Assembly (NCBI GenBank): GCA_965202805.1 | Contig: OZ241869.1 | Location: 1,600,001-1,664,000 of the forward strand | Reading direction: 5' to 3' | Length of the DNA: 64,000 bases | Origin: Longimicrobiales bacterium | Lineage (GTDB): Bacteria > Gemmatimonadota > Gemmatimonadetes > Longimicrobiales > Gaopeijiaceae | In this document: piece by piece, positions 48,706 to 60,898 of the stretch | How positions within the stretch are numbered: the first letter of the stretch is position 1 | How the letters are laid out: the number at the start of each line of letters is the position of its first letter | Translations under genes and position numbers: made by a program | The notes under the pieces: generated by a model | What the model was told of the DNA's origin: nothing | The model's input: only the letters and a program-made list of their open reading frames with translations | The model's database searches: none

Positions 48706-48753
48706 AGAACAAAGAACGGCCCCGGAAGGTCGCCGGGCAACCTTCCGGGGCCG
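48706..48753 (-). terminator. Rho-independent terminator of the TonB receptor gene
   Basis: 13-bp perfect stem 48717-48729/48741-48753 followed on the minus strand by TTCTTTGTTCT. Confidence 0.75.
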
Positions 48754-48791
48754 CATGATGCTGCTGCCGCCGATGGCGGATCAGCTCGGCT

Positions 48792-51731
<2,940 letters not shown>

Positions 51732-52046
51732 ACGGAAATCCCTCCTGTGATGTGGAGCCAAACCGAACCTTACCGATTCAACACGGGATGTCGAACTCCA
51801 ACCGCCACAACGGCAGTGCCGGCAGCGAGAGCACCGAACGACCCGGACCATAAGATACGACATAAACCCGGAAAAAAGCGACAGAATGCCATCCCAACGC
51901 GACAAAACCAGCGGATGTGCACCCCATCCGTCACCCCCTGTGGCTGAAACAGTCTTGGTGCAAAGCACCGCAACCGCAAGTCTCATACTGCGGAGAGGGG
52001 CGGAGTTTTGTGCCGCGGAGATGCCCGGAAACGGGCCGGGGCGTCC

Positions 52047-53855
52047 TCATATTCTGGCTTGAACGGTGTACAGCTCGTGGTAGCGGCCCCGTCGTGCGAC
52101 CAGATCCTCGTGCCGGCCACGCTCCACGATGCGGCCCTCCTCCAGGACGAGGATGAGGTCGGCCCGGCGGATTGTGGAGAGCCGGTGGGCGATAACCAGG
52201 GTGGTGCGCCCCCGCAGGAGCTGAGCCAGCGAAGCCTGTATGAGCGCTTCGCTCTCGGTGTCCAGGCTGGAGGTCGCCTCGTCCAGAAACAGGAGACGCG
52301 GGTTGGCGAGAATCGCGCGGGCGATGGTGACCCGCTGGCGCTGGCCGCCCGAGAGCTTGACCCCGCGCTCGCCGATGAGGGTGTCGAGCCCCTCCGGGAA
52401 GCGGTCGCTGAATTCGGTGACGAACGCCTGCCGGGCGGCATGCAACACTTCATCCGCGCTGGCGCCGGGGCGCGCGAAGAGCAGGTTCTCGCTGATGGTG
52501 CCGTCGAAGAGGAAGTCGTCCTGGAGCACCAGTCCCAGCTGGCTTCGGTAGCTCGCCAGGCGCACCTCGCTCAGGTCGACATCGTCTACGAGCACGCGGC
52601 CTTCATCGGGCGTGAGGAAGGAGGCGGCCAGGCTCGCCATGGTCGACTTCCCCGAGCCGGAGCTTCCCACCAGCGCCACCAACGTGCCGGGTTCGACGTC
52701 GAAGCCGATGCCCCGGAGCACGGGCTTGTCCTCCTCGTAGCGGAAGTGGACGTCCTCGAAGCGCAGCCGGCCCCGGATGGGCGGCATCTCGACGACCCGC
52801 TTCGGATCGTCGTCCTCCGTCGGCCAGGAGAGCAGTTCGGCCGTGCGGTCGAGGCCGGCGAAGGCCTCCGTCATCTGGGTGCCGATGTTGGCCATCTGGA
52901 TCACGGGAGCGATCAGAAAGCCCAGGAGGAAGGTGAAGGAAAACAGCTCGCCGACCGTGAGCTGGCCCTGAACGATCAGCCAGCCGCCGTACCCCATCAC
53001 CAGCACCCCGGCGAGTCCCATGAAGAACGTGCCCGCGCTCGTGACCAGGCTGGAGGTGGTGAGCGTCTTCCTGATGTTGCGGAAGATGCGCAGGGCGCCG
53101 TCGCGGAAGATCGTGCCTTCCGCCCTGACGGCGTGGAAGCCCTTGATGACGCGAATGCCGCCGAGCGACTCGGTCAGGCGGCCCGTGACTTCCGCGCGGA
53201 TCTTCCCGCGCTCGCGAAACGCGGGCCGCAGCGTGCGGAAGGCGTTGGTGGAGATGAAGGCGAAGGCGGCGAGCGGCCCGATGGTAAGCAGCGTCATCAT
53301 CGGAGAGATGCTGAGCAGGTACCCGAAGCCCACCACCGCCGTGATCACCCCGCCGACGAGCTGCACCAGACCGGTTCCCACCAGGTTCCGGACGCCCCGC
53401 ACGTCCTCCATGATGCGCGAGACCAGGTCGCCCGAGCGGGTGTTGTCGAAGACGCGCACGGGGAGGCTCAGGACGTGCCGCTGCACCTGCGTGCGCAGAT
53501 CGGCGATGAGACGCTGCGCCTCCACGCTGAGCATCATGGTCAGGGTGTACGACGTGGCCGCCTGGACGACGACCGCCAGGGCCACCGCCCCGAGGAGCCG
53601 GTAGAGACCCGGCAGGTCGCCGTTCGCGATCACGTCGTCGATGAGGGGACGGGTGGCCACCGGGAGGACGAGTCCGGCCAGGCGGTTGATCAGGATCAGC
53701 ACCAGACCGAGCAGCACCAGCCTGCGCCGCGGCCAGATGATCTCGTGGAACGCGTGCCTGAGGCTGGCGCCGGAGATCTTCTTCTTCCCGGGGGCGCCGG
53801 CACTGACGCTGGCGGCATTGGCTCTGCTGCTGCGGATGGGATTGCGGGTTGTCAC
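52047..53855 (-). CDS. ABC exporter, fused TMD-NBD (MsbA/Sav1866-like)
   Basis: TM domain; GSSGSGKS, LSGGQRQR, LDEATSSLD, IAHRLST; start approximate. Confidence 0.92.
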   Translation of the reverse strand: MTTRNPIRSSRANAASVSAGAPGKKKISGASLRHAFHEIIWPRRRLVLLGLVLILINRLAGLVLPVATRPLIDDVIANGDLPGLYRLLGAVALAVVVQAATSYTLTMMLSVEAQRLIADLRTQVQRHVLSLPVRVFDNTRSGDLVSRIMEDVRGVRNLVGTGLVQLVGGVITAVVGFGYLLSISPMMTLLTIGPLAAFAFISTNAFRTLRPAFRERGKIRAEVTGRLTESLGGIRVIKGFHAVRAEGTIFRDGALRIFRNIRKTLTTSSLVTSAGTFFMGLAGVLVMGYGGWLIVQGQLTVGELFSFTFLLGFLIAPVIQMANIGTQMTEAFAGLDRTAELLSWPTEDDDPKRVVEMPPIRGRLRFEDVHFRYEEDKPVLRGIGFDVEPGTLVALVGSSGSGKSTMASLAASFLTPDEGRVLVDDVDLSEVRLASYRSQLGLVLQDDFLFDGTISENLLFARPGASADEVLHAARQAFVTEFSDRFPEGLDTLIGERGVKLSGGQRQRVTIARAILANPRLLFLDEATSSLDTESEALIQASLAQLLRGRTTLVIAHRLSTIRRADLILVLEEGRIVERGRHEDLVARRGRYHELYTVQARI

Positions 53856-54004
53856 CAGTTTCGTCCCCTGACTCGCGCCCCTTCGGGTAACGTTGCATCT
53901 TGCCGGGCGAAAGATGGCGGCAAGCGGGAGTGGTTGGAACCCGTGGGGCGGCGGATCGAGCCCCGGCGGGCGCAACCGGCCATCCCCCACACCCTGGAAA
54001 ACGG

Positions 54005-54892
54005 ATGATCCTCCGCATTCAGCACATCGGCATGGTGGTGCGTGACCTGGAAGATGCCTGTGCGCGCTTCGAGCGCGTCCTCGGGCTCAAGGCGCGCGAT
54101 TTCCGCGACGATCAGGGCAAGGGCATGCAGCTCGACGCCCGCATCCTGCTCGGCAACGAATGCTGGCTGCACTTGGTGCAGAACTGGAATCCGGAGTCGC
54201 GCGTGAACCGGTTTCTGCGGGAAAAGGGCGAGGGGCTGGAGCACATCTGCCTTGAAACGGATGACATCGAAGCGGATGTCGCCCACCTGCGGGAAATTGG
54301 AGTGGGCGTGTGGGAGGACCGCATCCTGGACGCCAACGACGGCTACGAGGCCTTCGTCTATCCCGACAGGCTGCCCGGCCTCACCATCGAGCTCATCCAG
54401 TCGCACGATAGGAGCTGGTACTATCCGCCGGAGGCCGTGGGCGAGCCCGTGAGCGACGCGATGGAACTCTTCCGCCTGCAGCACATCGGCCTCTGCGTGC
54501 ACGATCTGGCGGACGCGTGCTCGCGATTCGAGCGGTATTTCGGGCTCGTGGCGCGGGACTACCGCGACGACCAGGGCAAGGGCAAGCAGCTCGACGCCCG
54601 CATCCTCTTCCCCAACCAGTGCTGGCTGCACCTGGTGCAGAACTGGGACGTGGAGTCGCGCGTGAACCGCTTCCTGCAGTCGCGGGGCGAGGGGCTGGAC
54701 CACATCGCGCTGCAGACGACCGACATCGACGGCGACGTCGCGGCGCTGCGCGAGCGCGGCATCCCGTTCTTCCAGGACACCATCTTCGACGCCAACGACG
54801 GCTACGAGGCCTTCGTCTACCCCGACCAGCTTCCGGGAATGACGGCGGAACTGATCCAGCCTCACGCGCACAGCTGGGGGTTCGGGGAGTAG
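54005..54892 (+). CDS. Tandemly duplicated VOC (methylmalonyl-CoA epimerase-like) protein
   Basis: Two similar ~140-aa halves, each with QHIG, WLHLVQNW, GEGL.HI, DANDGYEAFVYPD and ELIQ. Confidence 0.85.
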   Translation: MILRIQHIGMVVRDLEDACARFERVLGLKARDFRDDQGKGMQLDARILLGNECWLHLVQNWNPESRVNRFLREKGEGLEHICLETDDIEADVAHLREIGVGVWEDRILDANDGYEAFVYPDRLPGLTIELIQSHDRSWYYPPEAVGEPVSDAMELFRLQHIGLCVHDLADACSRFERYFGLVARDYRDDQGKGKQLDARILFPNQCWLHLVQNWDVESRVNRFLQSRGEGLDHIALQTTDIDGDVAALRERGIPFFQDTIFDANDGYEAFVYPDQLPGMTAELIQPHAHSWGFGE

Positions 54893-54930
54893 ATGCGCCC
54901 ATGAGCAAACGTTGCGGTCTACACGTCTCG

Positions 54931-54970
54931 GCCGTCCGCGCGCGATGAAGGCCGTCCGCGCGCGATGAAG
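54931..54970. repeat. Perfect 20-bp tandem duplication
   Basis: gccgtccgcgcgcgatgaag x2. Confidence 0.9.
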
Positions 54971-54987
54971 TAGAAAGGAGCCTCCCC

Positions 54988-56091
54988 ATCACCTACCACC
55001 TGGACGAACGAGTCGCCGTCGAGCGGTTTCGCGAGCCTTCGGTGCGCGGGTTCGCCGAAGACGTGCTGCGGGCGCTGGGGGCGAGCGGGGAGGAAGCCCG
55101 CATCAACGCCGACGGCGTGGTGACGGCGTCGCTCTGGTGGCATCCCGGACAGCACCAGGGGCTCGAGAAGCTGTTCCGGTACGCTCGGCGCATGCGCAAC
55201 GGGGGGATTGTGCCCGATGCGCGGATGAGGTGGGTGCGGGAGCGGCCGGCCGCGGCGCTCCTGGATGCGAGCAAGGGACTGGGATATGTCGCCGCGCGCC
55301 GGGCCATGGACCGGGCGCTGGAGATGGCGCGGCGGGTCGGGGTGGCGATGGTCGGCGTGCGGCACAGCAACCACTTCGGGATTGCCGGCTTCCACGCGAA
55401 GCGGGCTGCGGACGCGGGGCTTGTCGGCATTTCGATGACGAACGCGGGCGCCGAGATGGCGCCTTGGGGCGCGACCCGGCCCGTCCTGGGCACGAATCCC
55501 TGGGGCATGGCGGTTCCCCGAGTCGGCGGCCGCGACCCCATCGTCCTGGACATGGCGCTGACCCAGTCGGGCAAGGGGATGATGCGCTGGCTCAGGCGCG
55601 CGGGCCTGCCGATGCCGGACCACTGGGCGCTCACGCCCGAGGGCGCGCGCACGACGGACCCGGACGCGGCCATGAAGGGCCCCCTCCTCCCCATCGGCGA
55701 CTACAAGGGCTACGGCCTCAGCCTGGTCACGGACGTCCTCACGGGGGTGCTGACGGGGTCACTCTTCGGGGCGCAGGTGTTTCAGGACGACGAGAACTAC
55801 GACGTGGCGCACACGATGATCGCGGTCGATATCGAGGCGTTCATGTCGGCGGAAGAGTTCGGGGAGAGGCTGGAGCGGCTGATCGCGGATGTGCTGGAGG
55901 CGCCGCCGATCGACCCGGCCAGGCCGGTTCGGCTGCCCGGGCAGGCGGAGCAGGAGCGCGCGCGGCGTCGGCTGAAGCACGGGATTCCGATGGACCCGAA
56001 GACGGTGGTGCGGCTGCGGGCGCTCGCCGAAGAGCTGGGGGTGCCGTTTTCGCTGGAGCCAGCGGGCGTGGAATTGGCGAAACAGGACTAG
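54988..56091 (+). CDS. Ldh_2 family (malate/L-lactate/ureidoglycolate/DpkA-type) oxidoreductase
   Basis: SNHFG, GTNP, LDMA, YKGYGL, RLPG; probable ATC start after AGAAAGGAG (first canonical start is GTG 55042). Confidence 0.88.
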   Translation: MTYHLDERVAVERFREPSVRGFAEDVLRALGASGEEARINADGVVTASLWWHPGQHQGLEKLFRYARRMRNGGIVPDARMRWVRERPAAALLDASKGLGYVAARRAMDRALEMARRVGVAMVGVRHSNHFGIAGFHAKRAADAGLVGISMTNAGAEMAPWGATRPVLGTNPWGMAVPRVGGRDPIVLDMALTQSGKGMMRWLRRAGLPMPDHWALTPEGARTTDPDAAMKGPLLPIGDYKGYGLSLVTDVLTGVLTGSLFGAQVFQDDENYDVAHTMIAVDIEAFMSAEEFGERLERLIADVLEAPPIDPARPVRLPGQAEQERARRRLKHGIPMDPKTVVRLRALAEELGVPFSLEPAGVELAKQD

Positions 56092-56121
56092 AAGCGAACA
56101 GGAAGCATCCGGGAAGCAGAC

Positions 56122-57123
56122 ATGAGCAACGAGGTACTGACGATCGGGAGCGCGGAGGCGTCGCCCGGCACGATGGCCAGGGGCGTGATTCCGGTCGGAT
56201 CCGACGTGGCCGCAGTCGCGCGCGAGATTCCCATCCTGATATGCCGGGGTGCACTCGACGGCCCAATCCTCTGGATCAACGGGGCCACCCACGGGGACGA
56301 GCCCGAAGGTGCGCTCTCGATCTTCAAGCTGTTCGCGACGCTCGACGCCGCCGAGGTGCGCGGAACCGTGGTCGGGGTCCCCGCGATGAACGTGCCCGCG
56401 TTCGAGGCGGGCAAGCGCGGCGATCCGCTGGACACCTTCTCGTACGACATGAACCGCGTCTATCCGGGGCGGGCCGACGGCTACCCGACCGAGCGCGCGG
56501 CGTGGGCGCACTGGCAGGCCATGCAGGACGCCTGCGACCTCCAGATCGCCGTGCATTCGGGGGGAGAGCACTCCTACCTGGCACACATGATCTTCGCATC
56601 CGACAACCCGGCCAGCTTCGAACTGGCGGCGGCGATGGGGCCGCAATGGGACCTCGTGTTCCGCAGCGGGGTGGGCGGCGCCAATCCCTCCTCGAAGATC
56701 GCGGAGCTGGGCAAGGCCGGGATCACCATCGAGCTGGGGGGCAACTGCCGCACCCTCACCTCCGACTTCCACGCCGTGGCCGAGGACCTGGCGGGCAGCT
56801 ACCGCAACGTGATGCGGCACTACGGGATGATCGAGGGCGAGGCGCATTACGCGTCGCGCTGGCGCATGGGACATCAGCAGGCGCTGCTGGCTCCGGCCTC
56901 GGGGATGTGGGTCGGGGAGCCGGAGGTGCCCTTCGAGACGCCGATGCCGGCGGGGACGCCGCTGGGGCGGGTCTTCGATCTCTACGGCGATCAGCGCGGT
57001 GAAGTCGTGGCCCCGGAGGAGGGCGTGGTGTTCGGGCTGCGCTCGCGTCCGGCGGTGATCGAGGGCGAGTGGTGCTGCTTCTACGGCATCATCGACGAGG
57101 TCCGGGACGACCTTCTGGGGTAG
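56122..57123 (+). CDS. Succinylglutamate desuccinylase/aspartoacylase family protein
   Basis: GATHGDE, DMNRVYPG, VHSG, ITIELGG, C-terminal barrel-sandwich hybrid. Confidence 0.88.
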   Translation: MSNEVLTIGSAEASPGTMARGVIPVGSDVAAVAREIPILICRGALDGPILWINGATHGDEPEGALSIFKLFATLDAAEVRGTVVGVPAMNVPAFEAGKRGDPLDTFSYDMNRVYPGRADGYPTERAAWAHWQAMQDACDLQIAVHSGGEHSYLAHMIFASDNPASFELAAAMGPQWDLVFRSGVGGANPSSKIAELGKAGITIELGGNCRTLTSDFHAVAEDLAGSYRNVMRHYGMIEGEAHYASRWRMGHQQALLAPASGMWVGEPEVPFETPMPAGTPLGRVFDLYGDQRGEVVAPEEGVVFGLRSRPAVIEGEWCCFYGIIDEVRDDLLG

Positions 57124-57236
57124 GGACCCGCTCCTGCCCAAACCTCCTTATTGCTCGCGGCCATGGCGGGCGGGCGGACGTCCGTCGCCGTGTAGGAGCC
57201 CCTTCTGCCCAGACCTTCTTGTTGCTCTCCTGCAGC

Positions 57237-57285
57237 CCCTCTTTTGTTCGCCACATCTCGCTGTTTCTGGCAAACAAAAGAGGGG
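57237..57285. repeat. Imperfect palindromic intergenic element, copy 2
   Basis: 17-bp stem (57237-57253/57268-57284), 14-nt loop; homologous to 6162-6210. Confidence 0.65.
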
Positions 57286-57320
57286 GCGGCAACGGATCAA
57301 GCGAGAGGGGGCTGGTACGA

Positions 57321-58478
57321 TCAAGCGCCCTCGGCGGGCCTCGTCCTCGCGGCGGGCCTCGCCTCCGCCAACATGTTCACGAATTCGTCCACTTCGTCTG
57401 CCGTGTTGTAGAAGTGGGGGCTGGCCCGCACCACACCAGGGCGGCTGTCCACGACGATTCCGCGGTCGGCGAGCTGTTTGACCGCGTCTGCCGGCGCTGG
57501 ATGGCGCACCGGGACGATCGCCGAGCGCTCATCCGGGTCGTCGGCGACCCGGGGTGAGAGGCCGCGAGCCCGGCATCCGTCGATCAGTCGTTCGGTAAGC
57601 GTCACGTTCCGGGCCCGAATCGCCTCGACGCCAACCTGGTCGATGATGTCCTGGCCGCCGAGCGCGGTGTGGACCGTGGCGAGCGCCGGGGTTCCGAGCT
57701 CGAAGCGGCGCGCGTCCGCGCGGTATCGGAATTCACCGGGGTTGAAGCGGAACTGGTCCTCGGTGGCGAACCAACTCGTGATCCTCGGTTCGAGGGCCGG
57801 AATCAGTTCGTCGCGCACATACAGGTACGCGAGTCCCGGGCCTCCGCAGAGCCACTTGAGCGGGCCGGCGGTATAGAAGTCCACGCCGGTCGCGGGGAGG
57901 TCCAGGGGGATCTGGCCAGCGCCCTGGTAGCCGTCGATGAGGCAATACGCGCCGGCCCGGTGCGCGATATCCGCGAGCGACTTCAGATCGAGGATGGCGC
58001 CGGTGGTGAAGAACACGTGGCTCGTGGCGATGGCCAGGGTGCGTTCATCGACCGCGTCCTCGAACTGCTGCGGGTCGACGGTAACGCCGTCCGGGCTCTC
58101 CAGCACGACCATCTCCACTTGGGGGCGCACCTTCCACTGGTACAGGAGCGTCGGGAAGTCGAGTTCGGTCGTGACGATGCGGTTGCGCTTCGACCAGTCC
58201 AGGCTCTCGGAGATGACCGAGAGGCACGCGGAGGTGGAGGGCAAGAGCGCGACGGTTCCCGCGGGGGCCGCGAAGAGGTCCGCGACGCGCCGGCGCAGCT
58301 CCGCGAGCATCCCCCACCAGTGTTCGTACCAGGCCGAGGCGCCCATGTCGTGCCAGCGGTCGAGGAAGTCCTGAAGGCGCTCCTCGGCGCGGGTCGAAAG
58401 GGCGCCCAGCGAACAGGAATTCAGGTAGTTGCGGCGCTGGAGGATCGGGAAGGCCGCGCGGATGTCGTCGAGGTTCAC
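57321..58478 (-). CDS. Class V PLP-dependent enzyme, kynureninase-like
   Basis: YLNSCSLG, LDFPT, SHVFF, IDGYQ, LKWLCGGPG, FELGTP, RASPHFYN; GTGA overlap with hydA. Confidence 0.8.
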   Translation of the reverse strand: MNLDDIRAAFPILQRRNYLNSCSLGALSTRAEERLQDFLDRWHDMGASAWYEHWWGMLAELRRRVADLFAAPAGTVALLPSTSACLSVISESLDWSKRNRIVTTELDFPTLLYQWKVRPQVEMVVLESPDGVTVDPQQFEDAVDERTLAIATSHVFFTTGAILDLKSLADIAHRAGAYCLIDGYQGAGQIPLDLPATGVDFYTAGPLKWLCGGPGLAYLYVRDELIPALEPRITSWFATEDQFRFNPGEFRYRADARRFELGTPALATVHTALGGQDIIDQVGVEAIRARNVTLTERLIDGCRARGLSPRVADDPDERSAIVPVRHPAPADAVKQLADRGIVVDSRPGVVRASPHFYNTADEVDEFVNMLAEARPAARTRPAEGA

Positions 58479-59872
58479 GGCAGCACGGCCGGATCGATAC
58501 GCCGCCGCTCCGCCAGCCGTCCCCTGCCCCGCTCCGCGACCGGCTTCCCGCGATCGACGATGATCTCGCCCCGGGAGAGGGTCCAGGTCGGAAAGCCGCT
58601 CACCCGCATCCCCTGGAAGGGACTGTAGTCGACGGCCGAGTGTAGCCTGGCGGCGTCGATCTCCGTCTCGGCCTCCGGGTCCACGACGATGACGTCGGCG
58701 TCGGCGCCCGCGTCCAGCGTGCCCTTGCGCGGGTACATGCCGAAGATGCGCGCCGGGTTGGTGGAGGCGAGCTCCACGAACCGCTGGGGCGAGAGCAGGC
58801 CGGTCGACACGCCGCCCGCAAACACCAGGGGCAGGCGGGTCTCGATCCCGGGCAGGCCGTTGGGAATGCGGGTGAAGTTGTCGCGCCCGGTGGTCTTCTG
58901 GTCGTGATAGCGGAAGGGGGCGTGGTCGGAGGACACCTGCTGGATCGTTCCGGCCGCGAGGGCGCTCCAGAGGGCGTCGCGGTGCTCGGCGGCCCGCATG
59001 GGGGGGCTGCACACGAACTTGGCGACCTCGAACCCGCCGCAGGGGTCGTAGACGGTGTCGTCGAGCACCAGGTACTGCGGGCAGGTCTCGGCCACGACCG
59101 GCTCGCCGCGCTCGCGGGCGGCAGCCACGTGACCCGCCGCGCCCACCGAGGTGACGTGCGCGATGCAGAGCGGCGCGTCCACCACCCCGGCCAGCATGAT
59201 GGCGCGATGGGTCGCCTCCGCCTCCACCACCGGCGGGCGGCTGGGGGCGTGGAATGCGGGACCGGTCTTTCCGGCGTCCAGATGCCGGTTGATCAGATAC
59301 GTGACCGCGCAGTCGTTCTCGCAGTGGACCAGGACGATTCCGCCGTTGGCGCCGGTCGCCTCGAGCAGGCGCAACAGCCCGTCGTCGTTGACGATCTTGT
59401 CGCCGTAGGTCATGTAGACCTTGAAGGAGGGAAACCCTCCCTCGATCAACTCCGGCACTTCGTCGATGACATCGTCGCGGACATCCGTGACAATGGTGTG
59501 GAAGCCATAGTCGATTACGGCGTCGGGCGCGATTTCGCCGAGGCGCCGGTCGCGCGCCAGCGCCAGCGTCTCGCCCCGCCGCTGCAGCGAGAAGTCGATG
59601 ATTGTGGTGACGCCCCCGCACGCGCCCGCGACTGTGCCTGTAAAGAAGTCGTCGGCGGTCTTGATCCCCAGGCGATCGATGGGATGGGCCAGGTGGGTGT
59701 GGGTGTCGATGCCCCCGGGCATGACCCAGTGGCCGCCCGCATCCAGGACCTCGCCATCGGTGGTCAGGTCGGGCCCGACTTCGGCAATCCGCCCGTCGCG
59801 GATGAGGACGTCGGCCGGCTCCATCCGGTCCGCGGTTACCACGGTGCCTCCGGCGATCAGTCGTTCGCTCAA
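58475..59872 (-). CDS. hydA: Dihydropyrimidinase / hydantoinase
   Basis: PGGIDTHTH, GGVTTIIDF, SFKVYM, VHCEN, ETCPQYL, CSPP, SSDH, IPNGLPG. Confidence 0.9.
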   Translation of the reverse strand: MSERLIAGGTVVTADRMEPADVLIRDGRIAEVGPDLTTDGEVLDAGGHWVMPGGIDTHTHLAHPIDRLGIKTADDFFTGTVAGACGGVTTIIDFSLQRRGETLALARDRRLGEIAPDAVIDYGFHTIVTDVRDDVIDEVPELIEGGFPSFKVYMTYGDKIVNDDGLLRLLEATGANGGIVLVHCENDCAVTYLINRHLDAGKTGPAFHAPSRPPVVEAEATHRAIMLAGVVDAPLCIAHVTSVGAAGHVAAARERGEPVVAETCPQYLVLDDTVYDPCGGFEVAKFVCSPPMRAAEHRDALWSALAAGTIQQVSSDHAPFRYHDQKTTGRDNFTRIPNGLPGIETRLPLVFAGGVSTGLLSPQRFVELASTNPARIFGMYPRKGTLDAGADADVIVVDPEAETEIDAARLHSAVDYSPFQGMRVSGFPTWTLSRGEIIVDRGKPVAERGRGRLAERRRIDPAVLP

Positions 59873-59971
59873 CGCTTGCTCCTCTTTGCTGGCGACCCCC
59901 GGACCCGTGCAGAGCGTGGTCCGCGCGAGCCCGGGGGCCGGTAAGTGCTCAGTCCGGTGTTCCGGGTATCG

Positions 59972-60631
59972 CTACTCCGGCTGCGGAACGATGCGGATGT
60001 AGGGCAGCGGCTGCTCCCAGCCGTCGGGATACTTCGCCTCCGCGTCCTCATTGGACACGGTGGGCAGGATGATCACGTCCTCACCGTGCTCCCAGTTGGC
60101 CGGCGTGGCCACCTGCTTCGCCGCCGTGAGCTGGCAGGAATCCAGAAGCCTGAGGATCTCGGCGAAGTTCCGTCCCGTGCTCATGGGATAGGTGAGCGTG
60201 GCCTTGATCTTCTTGTCCGGTCCGATGATGAAGACGGACCGCGCCGTGGCGTTGTCGGCCGGAGTCCGGCCCTTGCAGGTGTCGCCCGCGTCGGCCGGAA
60301 GCATGTCGTAGAGCTTGACCACACTCAGCTCCGGGTCGCCCACGAGGGGATAGTTGATGGCGTGGCCGCCGAACGACGCGATGTCGTCCGACCAGGCGTG
60401 ATGGTCGCCGACCCCGTCGACGCTGATGCCCATGATCTTGCAGTTGCGCCGCGTGAACTCGTCCTTGAGCGCGGCCACGGTGCCCAGTTCGGTGGTGCAG
60501 ACGGGCGTGAAATCCTTGGGATGGGAAAAGAGGATCGCCCATCCGTCCCCGATCCAGTCGTGGAATCGGATGGTTCCTTCGGTGGTCTCGGCGGTGAAAT
60601 CGGGTGCTTCGTCGTTGATTCGCAAGGTCAT
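59972..60631 (-). CDS. Peroxiredoxin, Prx6 (1-Cys) subfamily
   Basis: FSHPKDFTPVCTTE, YPMSTGRNF, ATPANW. Confidence 0.95.
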   Translation of the reverse strand: MTLRINDEAPDFTAETTEGTIRFHDWIGDGWAILFSHPKDFTPVCTTELGTVAALKDEFTRRNCKIMGISVDGVGDHHAWSDDIASFGGHAINYPLVGDPELSVVKLYDMLPADAGDTCKGRTPADNATARSVFIIGPDKKIKATLTYPMSTGRNFAEILRLLDSCQLTAAKQVATPANWEHGEDVIILPTVSNEDAEAKYPDGWEQPLPYIRIVPQPE

Positions 60632-60898
60632 GGTCTTTCCTCCAGGATTCATACTCGGATGCGGGTGTCGTCAGGCTCGCAAGCGTAGCCGTCGCACCGG
60701 GACTACGCCACACGCGGTTGCCGGTTCCCCCACGCCGGCGCCCCCAGCGCGCGCGACGGCTTCAGCCCGCGCGGACCTGCCCGTTTGCGCATGCGAGCGA
60801 CCCGTTGCCAGCGGTCAAATCAGCCGCGCTGTGCTCCGCGGGCGGCTGGTTTCCTGCCCGGGCGCGCGCGGACCCGCTCCGGCTTCCATCCGGCCGCC

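Noticed and set aside
51732..52046. Riboswitch (cobalamin/TPP) upstream of the TonB receptor
   Set aside because: Long, relatively AT-rich leader, but I could not find the conserved cores; an Rfam scan is needed to exclude it fully.
57134..57227. Two 23-nt repeats as a mini CRISPR array
   Set aside because: Only two degenerate, non-palindromic units with a 48-nt gap and no cas genes; kept only as a repeat relic.
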